Positions 18,971 to 28,766 of a stretch of DNA of 33,668 nucleotides are shown here, in pieces. This DNA comes from a virus (taxonomy: Duplodnaviria; Heunggongvirae; Uroviricota; Caudoviricetes), in IMG/VR virus record IMGVR_UViG_2703718791_000013, one strand, 5' to 3'. Position 1 is the first letter of the stretch; every line of letters begins with the position of its first letter. The translations under genes and the position numbers were made by a program. The notes beneath the pieces were generated by a model. It was not told the origin of the DNA, did no database searches, and was given only the letters and a program-made list of their open reading frames with translations.

Positions 18971-20677
18971 TTACTCAGAGTCACCGGCATCAATCGTGTC
19001 GCCGCTAATGAAGTTAAGCCCGCCTTTTTTGGCCATTGTCAGCGTTACACGAGTGAAGTAATCAGCGCCGTTGCGTGGGTGCATATCGTTGATAGCCGAA
19101 CCCCACAGCGTGGTACGGTTGACCAGCGCCGGAGTGGTCGGATGCTGGAACGGGATGGCCGGGACAGCATCACCAGTCACGAAGCCTGCTTTACCCGGAT
19201 TTTCATCACGGACGTAGCACAGCACATCCATCGAGCTGAACTGAATGTTCTCTGTCGTTAAGTTCTTACAAATACCAGCAGGTACTTCGTACACTTTCAC
19301 GTTACCGAACAGGGTACCGATGTAGTGAACATACGGAGTCTGGATATAGTCTTCGGCTGGCTGGAAGAAATCCTTCGGCAACTGTTTGAAGAAAGATGCT
19401 GCATCAGCACCAGCAAACATCCCCATCGCACCAGAAGATTTAACGCGCTCAATAATGTCGCGATATACAGTCTGGAATTTGCCACGAATGATGGTTGCCC
19501 ATACATCAAAGGACTGGTTAACCGGCAGAGCGATGTCAAAGGTGTCGGTCGCAAGAGTACGCCAGATCATGATGCGAAGACGCAGCATATCCTGTTCATG
19601 AGACAGGTATTCCTTCAGGGTGCGGAACTGTAGGGAACCCAGGTCCAGACCAAATTCACGCTGTGCTTCATACGCCGCCTGTACCGTGTGCTCAGCCGCG
19701 ATAACGAACTGGCTTGGGAACAGGGTGTATTTCTTCATTTCGTGGTTGATCAGCGGGATCAGCTCAGGAGCGGCTTCAATATTGATTTCCGTCTCAATTG
19801 CGATCTCAGTGCCTTTATCCGGCGCTTTGGAGAACGACAGGGCAATCTGACCAATGTTGTAGTTCAGAGAGCAGGTAACAGTGATTTGCTCACCAGCAGC
19901 ATTAGTAAACGAGTGAAGTAGGCTGCCGGAACCGTTATCAACAACAGACTTAATACGGTTAACGTAGATATTAGTGCGACCTTTTCGGATTGGTACATTC
20001 TGGCCTTCGAAGTCTTCCATCTTGAAGGTTGCGGTTTTGCTGGTGCCATCGGAGCTTGCCACCAGCACATAGCGGCGGCGTAACTGGCTGTACACACCGA
20101 CGGATTGCATGTCCAGAACATCACCAGCAGCATAAGAACCAAAAGAGGAACCTGCCACGTTAAAGACTTCATAGATGTCGGACTGGTCACGCGTAACCGG
20201 AATGAAGGTACACGCATCAGCGGTAGCTGCCCCCAACTGAACAGGCAGGATCATCGCGAGGAATAAAGGCAGACGCATAACACCGTCAGAAACGCTCATC
20301 ATCTCTGCTGCGACGGATTCCAGCATCGCTTTATTAGTGGCATCCATGCTATTGCGGGTGGACTCAATCAGGCAGTTTTCCAGCGTCTGGTGGCAGGAGG
20401 CCAGAATTTCCGGACGCGGCATAGATTTATGTGCTGCGGCGTAGTCAGCCAGTGCACTTGCCCACGCTGTAGCGATTTGAGCGGTGGCATTATCAGAGAT
20501 ACCCGCAAAAACCGGGTCTTTACGTGCAGCTTCAAGGATAGATGCGGCACGCGCGGCATCATCTTTAATGAATTGGTTATCAGTACCGAACTGCGCAGTG
20601 CTTGCCCAGCCAAGCACAGCTTTAGAGCGTTTTGCGATATCTGCAATACGATTCTGGTATTCGCGTAAGTTACTCAA
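18971..20677 (-). CDS. Probable major head protein, about 568 aa (P1 gp23-like)
   Basis: ORF track gives 18971..20698 beginning at a TTG. I prefer the in-frame TTG at 20677, which is preceded by AAGGAAG. The start is uncertain. Confidence 0.5.
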   Translation of the reverse strand: MSNLREYQNRIADIAKRSKAVLGWASTAQFGTDNQFIKDDAARAASILEAARKDPVFAGISDNATAQIATAWASALADYAAAHKSMPRPEILASCHQTLENCLIESTRNSMDATNKAMLESVAAEMMSVSDGVMRLPLFLAMILPVQLGAATADACTFIPVTRDQSDIYEVFNVAGSSFGSYAAGDVLDMQSVGVYSQLRRRYVLVASSDGTSKTATFKMEDFEGQNVPIRKGRTNIYVNRIKSVVDNGSGSLLHSFTNAAGEQITVTCSLNYNIGQIALSFSKAPDKGTEIAIETEINIEAAPELIPLINHEMKKYTLFPSQFVIAAEHTVQAAYEAQREFGLDLGSLQFRTLKEYLSHEQDMLRLRIMIWRTLATDTFDIALPVNQSFDVWATIIRGKFQTVYRDIIERVKSSGAMGMFAGADAASFFKQLPKDFFQPAEDYIQTPYVHYIGTLFGNVKVYEVPAGICKNLTTENIQFSSMDVLCYVRDENPGKAGFVTGDAVPAIPFQHPTTPALVNRTTLWGSAINDMHPRNGADYFTRVTLTMAKKGGLNFISGDTIDAGDSE

Positions 20678-20728
20678 TTTACTCTTCCTTAAACACAAGG
20701 CACTTGTGTGAATCCCTTTTCGGAAGAG

Positions 20729-20750
20729 ATTTTATTGAAAGTCACTTGTT
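20729..20750 (-). promoter_or_regulatory. Candidate late promoter AACAAGTGACTT-N4-TAAAAT
   Basis: Third copy of the shared late-promoter-like motif, upstream of the head/sheath operon. Confidence 0.3.
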
Positions 20751-20809
20751 GACTTTCTCGTGACAAGCAATTTTTTTATTTTTTTCGGGAGTAGGGGCGG
20801 AAGGTAAAA

Positions 20810-20905
20810 TCCAAGGTGAAATCGTGGCGATTTCACCTTGAAATTTTAGATGGATTTACTTTAAAAACAGTAGGTTAATAGTGAAATTTGAATGGCGAAA
20901 GTTTA
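20810..20905. promoter_or_regulatory. parS: parS partition site: heptamer/hexamer boxes flanking an AT-rich bend region
   Basis: GTGAAATCGTGGCGATTTCAC at 20816-20836 (ATTTCAC and TCGCCA boxes) and GTGAAAT...TGGCGA at about 20881-20897, separated by an AT-rich stretch (putative IHF site). Lies just downstream of parB. Confidence 0.7.
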
Positions 20906-21904
20906 AGGCTTCGGCTTTTTATCGAGGCTCTTTCTAAGGATATGCCCAATCATCCTGTCGAGTTCTTCCTGTAGCTCTTTTGAAAGTCGATTAAACTCAT
21001 AAGAAAATGCACGGCCTTTCACGCGTTTCCTTGCAAAGCGATCCTTGTCCTCAAATTTCCATAATTCAGTAACTACGGACTTATCTTTAGAACCTTTATC
21101 CGTGAGTAGTGAGGCTTCCTTTGTTATCAAGCGCAGGATTTTATTTTTAACTTCATCTTCGGCCATTTCTTCAATGGATAAGATGTCGTTTATTTCCGGG
21201 GATATGTTTTGAATAAGCTGATCAAACTCTAAATTCTTGTTCCCCATTTCGTCGCCAACAGCACAAAGCGTTTTGTAGTCCGAAAAGGTTAATTCCGACT
21301 GCACAGGGAAAAGGGCGACTAATTCTTCCGGAGCACTCGCTGCCTGGAGAGCACGCGTGACCTTCGCCTGAGACAGCCCTTCTTTGGCTGCAATATCCTT
21401 CTGACTCATCCCATCATTTTTCATTCGCATCAAACGCAGACCTATTTCTCGAATGCTGTGCTGCAATGCTGTCTGAACGTCTTTCGCTAAATTTTGCGCT
21501 TCCTGAACGCTGATCTCCTGGTCCGTGACTAAAACCCGCAACCCTACGTTCTCTAAGATGGCAGAAGCTCGACGCCGGGAACCATCCAAAATTTCAATTT
21601 TCCCTGTAGCCCGTCTAACACCTATTGCAGGGTAAAATTGCTGATGCTTAATAGTGCTTCGGATACTTTTTAATGATTTTGGCGTAAGAGATGCCTGGTC
21701 ACGCCCGTTGTTATGCTGATCAACAAAGGTATCGCTTTCTACCTGGTTCGGAGGTATTACCTCTTCAATAAATGTGGCCTGGCGACCAGTTGATAACTTG
21801 AATACCTGCTCGACTCGATCGCCAGAGGCTGAAGAACTATCAAATCCGCTTAATATTGAAGGATTAAGGGTTCGCCCAATTGTTGGTCTGTTTTTCTTTG
21901 ACAT
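20903..21904 (-). CDS. parB: ParB partition protein, 333 aa
   Basis: ORF track. Downstream of parA and adjacent to parS. Size matches P1 ParB as I recall it. Confidence 0.85.
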   Translation of the reverse strand: MSKKNRPTIGRTLNPSILSGFDSSSASGDRVEQVFKLSTGRQATFIEEVIPPNQVESDTFVDQHNNGRDQASLTPKSLKSIRSTIKHQQFYPAIGVRRATGKIEILDGSRRRASAILENVGLRVLVTDQEISVQEAQNLAKDVQTALQHSIREIGLRLMRMKNDGMSQKDIAAKEGLSQAKVTRALQAASAPEELVALFPVQSELTFSDYKTLCAVGDEMGNKNLEFDQLIQNISPEINDILSIEEMAEDEVKNKILRLITKEASLLTDKGSKDKSVVTELWKFEDKDRFARKRVKGRAFSYEFNRLSKELQEELDRMIGHILRKSLDKKPKP

Positions 21905-21920
21905 GGGGGGTTCTTACTCC

Positions 21921-23117
21921 TCAGTTAGATCTGATAAATTCAATACGGTCAAAAACTGCTTTAGCAAAATCTTCCGCGGCAATTCGCGCGTTCTTCAATG
22001 CATCAGCACTACCAACATACGTTGCCGGGTTAGCTGAAATAACAGTGTCAAAAGACTCGCCGCAACGTTCAAAACCGTCAAGGCGAGGGAGGACGACATC
22101 GAGCATATCCCCACCGAACACTTCTTTAGCCAGGCTATGGCAATACTTATGATCTGCCTTGTTACTCAACTTGGACATAAAACCAATGTTAGTCGCAAGC
22201 TGGCACTCGCAGCCTTCATCCGAAATGAGTTTTACCAACTCAGGAAGGCGGGCAACGTATTTAAGCGATGAGTGGAAATCGACAGTTGCTGGCGGCAGAG
22301 GTGTAAACAGTATATTGGCCGAGGCCAAAGCATTTTTCAGGAAGGCGTCAAGGTGAGGACCACTATCAACGAGGATAAAGTCATAATCGCTCTTCAGCTT
22401 ATCAATCACATTTTCTTTCAGGACAGCATGGATGTTCTGACCCGGTAGATGCTCATTGCACAGCTCTCTCCAATCGGATGCAATAAAGGCATCGTCAATC
22501 GACGCAGGCATAACGTCAACCCCAGGTACAACAGAAGGAACAATAAACTCCTCTAACAGCTCTTCACGGCTTACATTCTGCAACATAGCCTGTGCAGATG
22601 TTGCGTTTACGATACCAATAGAGTGTTTATGGCTTAAAAACATCGTTGCGGAAGATTGCGGATCAAGGTCAATAACCAGAATCCTTAAATCCTCCATAAG
22701 AAGATGAGGGTGAGCACGCATTGCATGCGCCAGAGAAACCGTCGATACAGTTTTTGACACACCGCCTTTAAGATTGGAGATGAAAATCACATACGCTTCG
22801 CTGTAGCGATCCCGGTATTTTGGCACTCCGCGATGTTCATATATGTCAATGATGTTCTGAATTGACATCGCATATTTCATTGAAGAGCCAGCAGGGCGTT
22901 TATCGAAAACATAACCCTTTTCTTCCATTTCACTTACGGCATAGTCAACGTTCGCTCGAGTCAGTAGAGGCAATTTTGCCAGTGCCGCTTTCGCATAGAC
23001 CTGGTAAAACTCGTTCGCGTGTAGCTCATCCTTTTGCAACTGTACTTGTTCAGTCAGAACATTGAGCATTCTGTTTGCTCTTTGAGCAACCTTGTGAAGC
23101 TGGCTGGAATCACTCAT
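21921..23117 (-). CDS. parA: ParA partition ATPase, 398 aa, deviant Walker A
   Basis: ORF track. Walker-type motif in NLKGGVSKTVSTVSLA. N-terminal extension typical of type Ia ParA. Confidence 0.9.
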   Translation of the reverse strand: MSDSSQLHKVAQRANRMLNVLTEQVQLQKDELHANEFYQVYAKAALAKLPLLTRANVDYAVSEMEEKGYVFDKRPAGSSMKYAMSIQNIIDIYEHRGVPKYRDRYSEAYVIFISNLKGGVSKTVSTVSLAHAMRAHPHLLMEDLRILVIDLDPQSSATMFLSHKHSIGIVNATSAQAMLQNVSREELLEEFIVPSVVPGVDVMPASIDDAFIASDWRELCNEHLPGQNIHAVLKENVIDKLKSDYDFILVDSGPHLDAFLKNALASANILFTPLPPATVDFHSSLKYVARLPELVKLISDEGCECQLATNIGFMSKLSNKADHKYCHSLAKEVFGGDMLDVVLPRLDGFERCGESFDTVISANPATYVGSADALKNARIAAEDFAKAVFDRIEFIRSN

Positions 23118-23390
23118 CGAAAGACATCCTTTATGCTGTATTTTTGAATTTAATTAAAAATGCTGCATAAAATAATAATGTATGCGTAGATGCTTGTACA
23201 TAGCATTCTCTGCATGCTTACTCCTTTGCCAAGTGTGTCACAACATGCTTTGGCATCCTCCACGCATAAAGGACGCGGATTTCTTCTACGTTCAGGTTGT
23301 AGCCTGAATCATTTTGGTGATTTCCTGCTTCAATGGGCAGCCAAGCTTCACTCTCTATCAACTGGTGAGAACGGCTTGCCCGGCAGCTTC

Positions 23391-23675
23391 GATGTGTGCT
23401 GGAGGGAGAATAAAAGTCTAAGATGTGCGATAGAGGGAAGTCGCATTGAATTATGTGCTGTGGAGGGATCGCTGGTATCAAATATGTGTGCTGGAGGGAA
23501 AGGCAGAGAATTACATGTGCACTGGAGGGAAAAGCGGATGGACAGATGTGTGCTGGAGGGAAAGTCTGGGCAAACTGAGGGGCGTTCCCCTCCAGCGCAC
23601 ATCAAAAACAGGAAATTGGACAAGCCTTCCCGGCAGCACACATCTTTTTAATGCGGTTTCCCTCCAGCACACACT
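23391..23675. repeat. incA: incA: nine 19-bp RepA-binding iterons (GATGTGTGCTGGAGGGAAA family), six in one orientation and three inverted
   Basis: Iterons read at about 23391, 23422, 23451, 23483, 23512, 23543 (forward) and 23580, 23625, 23655 (reverse). Confidence 0.8.
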
Positions 23676-24535
23676 TATTCGGGGAGTTTCAGCTTTGGAT
23701 TGCGAGAATGGACGATTACAAAACTTTCCCGGCCTTTCTTCTCAATAGAACAGTCGAGATAGCCGATTGTTTTAAGCTGTTCTATCGCTTTCTTAATGAT
23801 ACGGTTTTGCTCGCCAACAGCTGACTGCAAAGCCAGGCGCTCACGGATTCGCGCGAACGATAGCGGCAACGGGTTCTGCGGAAGGCTTTCGATGAAAGTG
23901 TAAATGGCTTGTGCAGCTTCTTTCTTCGGAAGGGCACGCAAGGCGTGGTGTTGCAACAGAACGCGATAATCAAGCTGGAACAGCTCCCACAACTTCGAAT
24001 CAGCCTCCAGCTCTATCAGATCAAGGTCAGCATCAAAACGCCCGACCTTCAGCAGACCAGTCTGATAGCCGCCTTTAGCATCTTTTCCGCGCTTAAAAGC
24101 GATACCCTTGTTACGCAAGCGTCCAAGTGATTCATGAATGGTTAAACGCAGTTTCGCATCCAGACGTTTTGAGGGGAAACCACAGGCTTTAGCGAATTCC
24201 TGAAACGATAACTGGATGGTGTTTGAGGACAAGCCGTATTTGCTGAACGCGTAGATGACACCGATCCACGTTTTGAAATCAGTATCCATATCGAGTCGAG
24301 GACCGGTGATTTTAATATCATCGTAACCCTCGGCTTTAGCTATCTCCAGCTGGGAAAACGCTTTGGTGGCATCAATCTCTTTACTTTCTCCTTTGCTCTT
24401 TGATGGCTTCGGCACGAATACCCCCAAGCGCATCAACGCTACAGGCTGCACAGTGTTGTTTGAATTAACTGTTAGTTCTTTTGCCTTACTTTCAATGTCT
24501 GCGTAAAGAATATCGGAGATAAAAGATTGATTCAT
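23675..24535 (-). CDS. repA: RepA plasmid replication initiator, 286 aa
   Basis: ORF track. Flanked by iteron arrays on both sides. Confidence 0.85.
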   Translation of the reverse strand: MNQSFISDILYADIESKAKELTVNSNNTVQPVALMRLGVFVPKPSKSKGESKEIDATKAFSQLEIAKAEGYDDIKITGPRLDMDTDFKTWIGVIYAFSKYGLSSNTIQLSFQEFAKACGFPSKRLDAKLRLTIHESLGRLRNKGIAFKRGKDAKGGYQTGLLKVGRFDADLDLIELEADSKLWELFQLDYRVLLQHHALRALPKKEAAQAIYTFIESLPQNPLPLSFARIRERLALQSAVGEQNRIIKKAIEQLKTIGYLDCSIEKKGRESFVIVHSRNPKLKLPE

Positions 24536-24590
24536 ATTACTTTTTCCGAATTATGTGGATAGCTTTTATAAGTGGTGATAACTACCCAGG

Positions 24591-24815
24591 CTTTCCCGTC
24601 AGCACACATCCTATATCCCGCCAGCACACATTAGCAACCCGTCAGCACACATTTTTATCCCTCCAGCACACATCGTTTTCCCTCCAGCACACATCGCGAT
24701 ACACCTCTAAGCCAGACGTGGCGCGGCCTGCAACGATCAGGGATCTATATGGATCTAATTGGGATCTGTATGGACCTAATTATTGGATCTACCCAGTGGA
24801 TAATGTGGATAAGTG
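24591..24815. promoter_or_regulatory. oriR: five incC iterons, a cluster of five GATC sites and tandem DnaA boxes
   Basis: Iterons ...CCAGCACACATC at 24591-24696. GATC at 24736, 24743, 24755, 24767 and 24787. TGTGGATAA twice at about 24797-24812, and a further DnaA-like box near 24552. Confidence 0.8.
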
Positions 24816-24861
24816 AAAAACCGGCCACTGAGGACCGATTTCTGTGAAGAGTTGAAGCGAA

Positions 24862-25263
24862 TTAGTTGTCGTTTTCCGTACCTACTTCTTCGATCAACAA
24901 ACTACTTGTATAGATGCGTAACGTATCACCTTTGTAGAGGAATTGATAACCAACACCTCCTATGGCAGGGAGGTCGGGGAACATTTCAGAAGCAACCCCA
25001 GAGCAAATCACGGCGATACAGTCATCCCGCTGTACATCCTTACGCTCTGTACTCAAAGTTTGCTCTTCCCCGATTGCCTTTGTCATCTCCTCATCTTCGT
25101 ACGCAACAGGGATATATTCAATCGCATCAGGCGTTTTGATACCCAGTTCTTCAGCAATCTCGAACGCCTGTTTAAATTGATCTGACCCAGGATATCCAAC
25201 GGTAATACTCTCAATTTCGAACAAAGAAGTAGCGTTGTTTATTTCTTGTTTAACCGCAAACAT
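24862..25263 (-). CDS. Hypothetical protein, 133 aa (P1 UpfA position)
   Basis: ORF track. Confidence 0.45.
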   Translation of the reverse strand: MFAVKQEINNATSLFEIESITVGYPGSDQFKQAFEIAEELGIKTPDAIEYIPVAYEDEEMTKAIGEEQTLSTERKDVQRDDCIAVICSGVASEMFPDLPAIGGVGYQFLYKGDTLRIYTSSLLIEEVGTENDN

Positions 25264-25333
25264 GTTGTTTGTCCTTAGTGGCTTCCTGCCAAAGTAAAGT
25301 CATGAGTGTTGATATTACGATTTCTACAGTTGA

Positions 25334-25693
25334 TTAAATCTGCTCGCTGAGCTTTTGCTTCAGCAGATAACCTTCCAGCGGCCAGATTTTCTCAATGGCG
25401 TTCTTACGGGCCACCTTACGGCCAATCTCCGCGTCGAAATTTTTAGGGCTGGCACAGGCGCTTTCCCCGGTAACAATGAATCCATTGCACAGCACCAAGA
25501 CACAGATGGTCAGGCTACGCGTAGAGGGATGAACAGACAGCACCTCACGAACGCCTTCATGCGCAGCGCGAATGCCGTCAAAAGCTGTGAAATAATGCTC
25601 TTCGGCAATCACACTCTCGATGTGATCAGGAGTCAGGCGTGGTGCTGTTTTGCCTTTGGCCAGAATCTCTTTTTCAATTTCCATATCGGACAT
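25334..25693 (-). CDS. Conserved phage protein, 119 aa
   Basis: ORF track. Confidence 0.45.
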   Translation of the reverse strand: MSDMEIEKEILAKGKTAPRLTPDHIESVIAEEHYFTAFDGIRAAHEGVREVLSVHPSTRSLTICVLVLCNGFIVTGESACASPKNFDAEIGRKVARKNAIEKIWPLEGYLLKQKLSEQI

Positions 25694-25704
25694 AGTTTTT
25701 CCTT

Positions 25705-26037
25705 TTAGTTACCGCTGATAGCACGGTTGTAATCATTGACGTTGCGATTCTTCCTGTTAATCCCCATCAGCATCGTTTCTGTATCGAGGATATACGCTGG
25801 CAGATCATCAAAATATTCACTGCTAAACTCTGGCATCCTGCACATAAACGCACTTTTGGGGGCAGGGTGGTTAACCTTTGTCGGCGTCGGCGTTAAATTC
25901 GCTGATCGACTCCCGGAGCAACCGCTGAGTGTCAGCAGGAATGCGCTGGCGAACATTACCCGCCGCAACCAGTTGTTTCTGAACTTCTGCTTTTCGTTCC
26001 ATTTGCCTGTCAGCATACTTGGCTTGTTCTGATTCAT
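25705..26037 (-). CDS. Lipoprotein (lipobox LTLSGC); alternative start at 25956 gives 83 aa
   Basis: ORF track. Signal peptide MFASAFLLTLSG followed by Cys. The 5' part overlaps the 3' end of the next gene out of frame. Confidence 0.5.
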   Translation of the reverse strand: MNQNKPSMLTGKWNEKQKFRNNWLRRVMFASAFLLTLSGCSGSRSANLTPTPTKVNHPAPKSAFMCRMPEFSSEYFDDLPAYILDTETMLMGINRKNRNVNDYNRAISGN

Positions 26038-26293
26038 TTTTCACTTCCTGGCTGTGAAAATGTTGATCTGCTTTGTTCATCGTCTCAATGGTCTGGTTAA
26101 GATCCATTATTGACTTATCACGTTCCTTAACAGCCTGATCAAGACTGCCAATTTTATCCAAGGCTTGCTTTAGCTGATGACGTTCCCATGCAAACCCGGC
26201 ACCAACAAGTGCGCAAATCAGAACAAGAACACCAGTAGCAGCAAGTTTCTCCTTCAAAGACAAAGCTGTTTTTAACGTAGAAAAGAATGACAT
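25871..26293 (-). CDS. Rz-like membrane-anchored coiled-coil protein, about 140 aa
   Basis: ORF track (25871..26320); start placed at MSFFSTL. N-terminal TM segment LAATGVLVLICALVGAGFAW, then a charged helical region. Confidence 0.45.
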   Translation of the reverse strand: MSFFSTLKTALSLKEKLAATGVLVLICALVGAGFAWERHQLKQALDKIGSLDQAVKERDKSIMDLNQTIETMNKADQHFHSQEVKNESEQAKYADRQMERKAEVQKQLVAAGNVRQRIPADTQRLLRESISEFNADADKG

Positions 26294-26332
26294 GTCTTCC
26301 TCCTGAAGAAAAATTATCAATGAAGTCCTTTG

Positions 26333-27121
26333 TTACTGTGCCGCTTTGTTTAATTCATCAAGAACAGAATCAGGAACCAAAGCGGCGACTGCGCTGGCTG
26401 TGCTGGCCTTATTTGCTGATGCTTCCGCAAGCGCGGTACCGATAGCATGGTTATAAGCAGTTATGGCTACGCTGGCGCTTTCCTTCGCTCGTTCATACTG
26501 CTGTTGCAATGCTGCTACCGGTACTGTTGTCTGGTCGAAAAAAGCACCAAATTGTTCAGTTGCTTCCTTCAGTGCTTCAACTTGTTGTTCTGTCAGTGCT
26601 GGTGGGGGAGTGACTGCGCCGCCACCTGAATCAGAGCCTGACGAGCTTCCTGAGCCTGTGTTAAGGGTCTGGTTAATGTCCCCCATAGCAGCGACTAAAC
26701 TCGACGTATTAAGCGCATTTACAGAGTCCTCAAGCGATTTCGTTGTAGTCGCGTCACCAATGGCAATAGAGATCGGCAGTTCTGAAACTTCTCGCTCATT
26801 AGCACGACAGTAAACATCCCAACCAATATCGAGTTGAAGGAGCATTGACAGATCAGCATAACCAGCCAACAGGTCCGCGTGCTGAGTTGCCAGCCCTCCA
26901 ATATTCGTTAAACCAGTTGCGGTTGTTCTGATCGTTGAAACATAGCTGGTAATAGTGTCGGGATAGACAATTGTATCCAGAATTAATCCGGTCAATTCTT
27001 CTGCAAGCAGTTTTGCTGTGTTAGCACTGTTTCGTGCCGATGTTATGGCACCAGGTGTTTTCATCCCACCGGCGGCGGACAATTTTTTATATGCGGATAA
27101 CTGGTAGTCTTTTTCCAGCAT
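26333..27121 (-). CDS. Hypothetical protein, 262 aa, Ser/Gly-rich linker
   Basis: ORF track (26333..27178); start placed at ATG 27121, which is preceded by AGGAGAT. Confidence 0.45.
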   Translation of the reverse strand: MLEKDYQLSAYKKLSAAGGMKTPGAITSARNSANTAKLLAEELTGLILDTIVYPDTITSYVSTIRTTATGLTNIGGLATQHADLLAGYADLSMLLQLDIGWDVYCRANEREVSELPISIAIGDATTTKSLEDSVNALNTSSLVAAMGDINQTLNTGSGSSSGSDSGGGAVTPPPALTEQQVEALKEATEQFGAFFDQTTVPVAALQQQYERAKESASVAITAYNHAIGTALAEASANKASTASAVAALVPDSVLDELNKAAQ

Positions 27122-27129
27122 GATATCTC

Positions 27130-27414
27130 CTAACTTACCTGAACCAGGCCGTCTCCGGCTGCAACGGTAGAGCCGCATGAAACAGGATCACCAACGCATA
27201 AGATCCCTTTCCCGTTGACGGTAAACCATGCCCTGGTTGATATAGCTTGCCCGCCGTGCGTGCTGTTCCCATCGGTATGCTGTGCATATTGCTTACCATC
27301 AACTAACACTTCGACTCCGTTGACTTTAAGTAGTGGTTCGCTCTCTACGGGAGGCCTGGATGGGAATCCTCCGTGCCCCGAACAAATGCTGTCTTTTGTT
27401 GCAATACTCGCCAC
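27130..27414 (-). CDS. PAAR-domain protein, 94 aa
   Basis: ORF track. Repeated PAAR-like segments DSICSGHGGFP and VGDPVSCGSTVAAGDGLVQV. Confidence 0.55.
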   Translation of the reverse strand: MASIATKDSICSGHGGFPSRPPVESEPLLKVNGVEVLVDGKQYAQHTDGNSTHGGQAISTRAWFTVNGKGILCVGDPVSCGSTVAAGDGLVQVS

Positions 27415-27495
27415 ATCACCACCAATGATTTGCTCTGATTTTCGTTATTTTAACTTAGGTTATTTGTGGTCTGTATGGCGTTTACTTATTACAAA

Positions 27496-27512
27496 ATTGC
27501 TCTAATAAATAT
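27496..27512 (+). promoter_or_regulatory. C1 operator (ATTGCTCTAATAAATAT) in the divergent region between the PAAR operon and uhr-hrdC-dmt
   Basis: One mismatch to the operator 17-mer; overlaps a TTGCTC -35-like hexamer. Confidence 0.55.
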
Positions 27513-27583
27513 TGTTTTTTATGTCGTGTTTTCGGTACCATTCAGCCATCGCCCTTCAATGGGCATTTGTTTGGAGTCGTCAG

Positions 27584-27868
27584 ATGCAGATGGAGCTAAT
27601 AAGCCGCAAGGAGTTCGATAGCCGTGTAACCAGCGGTGAACTCGACAACTTGCAGGCTATCAAGGTGAAAGAAGGCTTTTGCCTCATTGGGAATCAGAGC
27701 GGAACAAATCGCGTTTTTATGCTTCGCCGTACGGATTTGAAGCCATTTGTCTGGAAGAACGAAATTGGTCCCAGCTCATACGCTCAAACGAGGGGGTGCC
27801 ACAACCTGGCCTTTTTCTACAAAGACGAGCTTTCTGTGGTTGATATTCAAGGGTTACAACATGTTTAA
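27584..27868 (+). CDS. uhr: Small protein upstream of hrdC, 94 aa
   Basis: ORF track (27512..27868); start placed at ATG 27584 after GGAG. Named by P1 position. Confidence 0.45.
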   Translation: MQMELISRKEFDSRVTSGELDNLQAIKVKEGFCLIGNQSGTNRVFMLRRTDLKPFVWKNEIGPSSYAQTRGCHNLAFFYKDELSVVDIQGLQHV

Positions 27869-28766
27869 GCACTGGAAAAACATTACTATTTATAAACTTT
27901 CTCGTGAGGCGGATCTGACCGACTTAGAAGATAAAAAGAAAATGATCCTTTTCACGCCATGCGGTAGTCAGGATATGGCCAAGTTCGGTTTTGTATCTCC
28001 ATTTGGTGATAATTCCGAAGTTATCGCTATGCATGGAAATGGTTTTATCCTTGTTGAAGCAAAGCGCGAAACAAAAATTCTTCCCCCGCCGGTTATCCAG
28101 CGAGCTATTCAAGAAAAAATTGAAAAACTTGAGCAAGAACAAGCGCGTAAACTGAAGAAAACAGAGAAGGACTCCCTGAAAGACGAAGTTCTGCATTCTC
28201 TTCTGCCACGGGCTTTTTCAAAGTTTTCTGTTATCCAGGCGATCTACGACGGTTCAACTAAACGTATCTATATCAATGCCAGCGCGCGGCAGGCAGAGGA
28301 TATGCTCGCGCTTATGCGTAAGTCTCTGGGTTCTCTTCCTGTTGTTCCCCTGAGTGTTGAAAATCCCATTGAATTAACGCTGACCGACTGGGTACGTGAT
28401 GGTAGTGCTCCACAGGGATTTCAAATGGGGGATGCGGCAGAACTTAAGGCAGTGCTTGAGGATGGCGGTATTGCCCGAGTGAAAAAGCAGGATTTGGGAA
28501 GCGATGAAATTTCCACACACCTGGAAGCTGGCAAGCTCGTCACTAAGTTGGCACTCGACTGGCAGAACCGCATTAAATTTACACTGGACCATAACTTCAG
28601 CCTTACCAGCGTCAAATTTGCGGATGAATTGCTTGAGCAGAACTCTGATATTGATAGTGAAGATGTAGCGCAGCGACTGGACGCAGATTTCTTCCTGTTG
28701 ACCAGTGAAATTTCGTGCCTGGTTGATGCTCTGGTAAATGCCCTTGGTGGAGAGGCTAAGCAGTGA
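27861..28766 (+). CDS. hrdC: RdgC-family recombination-associated protein, 301 aa
   Basis: ORF track (27747..28766); start [16 protein letters not shown] at 27861. Strong similarity over its length to E. coli RdgC as I recall it. Confidence 0.75.
   Translation: MFKHWKNITIYKLSREADLTDLEDKKKMILFTPCGSQDMAKFGFVSPFGDNSEVIAMHGNGFILVEAKRETKILPPPVIQRAIQEKIEKLEQEQARKLKKTEKDSLKDEVLHSLLPRAFSKFSVIQAIYDGSTKRIYINASARQAEDMLALMRKSLGSLPVVPLSVENPIELTLTDWVRDGSAPQGFQMGDAAELKAVLEDGGIARVKKQDLGSDEISTHLEAGKLVTKLALDWQNRIKFTLDHNFSLTSVKFADELLEQNSDIDSEDVAQRLDADFFLLTSEISCLVDALVNALGGEAKQ

Noticed and set aside
18971-20698. TTG at 20698 as the start of the major head gene
   Set aside because: It gives an N-terminus MCLRKSK with no ribosome-binding site. 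The TTG at 20677 has AAGGAAG correctly spaced. The real start remains uncertain.
23190-23748. Several overlapping ORFs (153, 100, 97 and 87 aa) over the incA region
   Set aside because: They are generated by the periodic iteron sequence; the repeated peptide motifs mirror the DNA repeats.
24553-25185. ORFs of 87 and 108 aa over oriR/incC, and + strand ORFs of 80 and 72 aa inside the 133-aa gene
   Set aside because: They lie across iterons, GATC sites and DnaA boxes, or are antisense to a better-supported gene.
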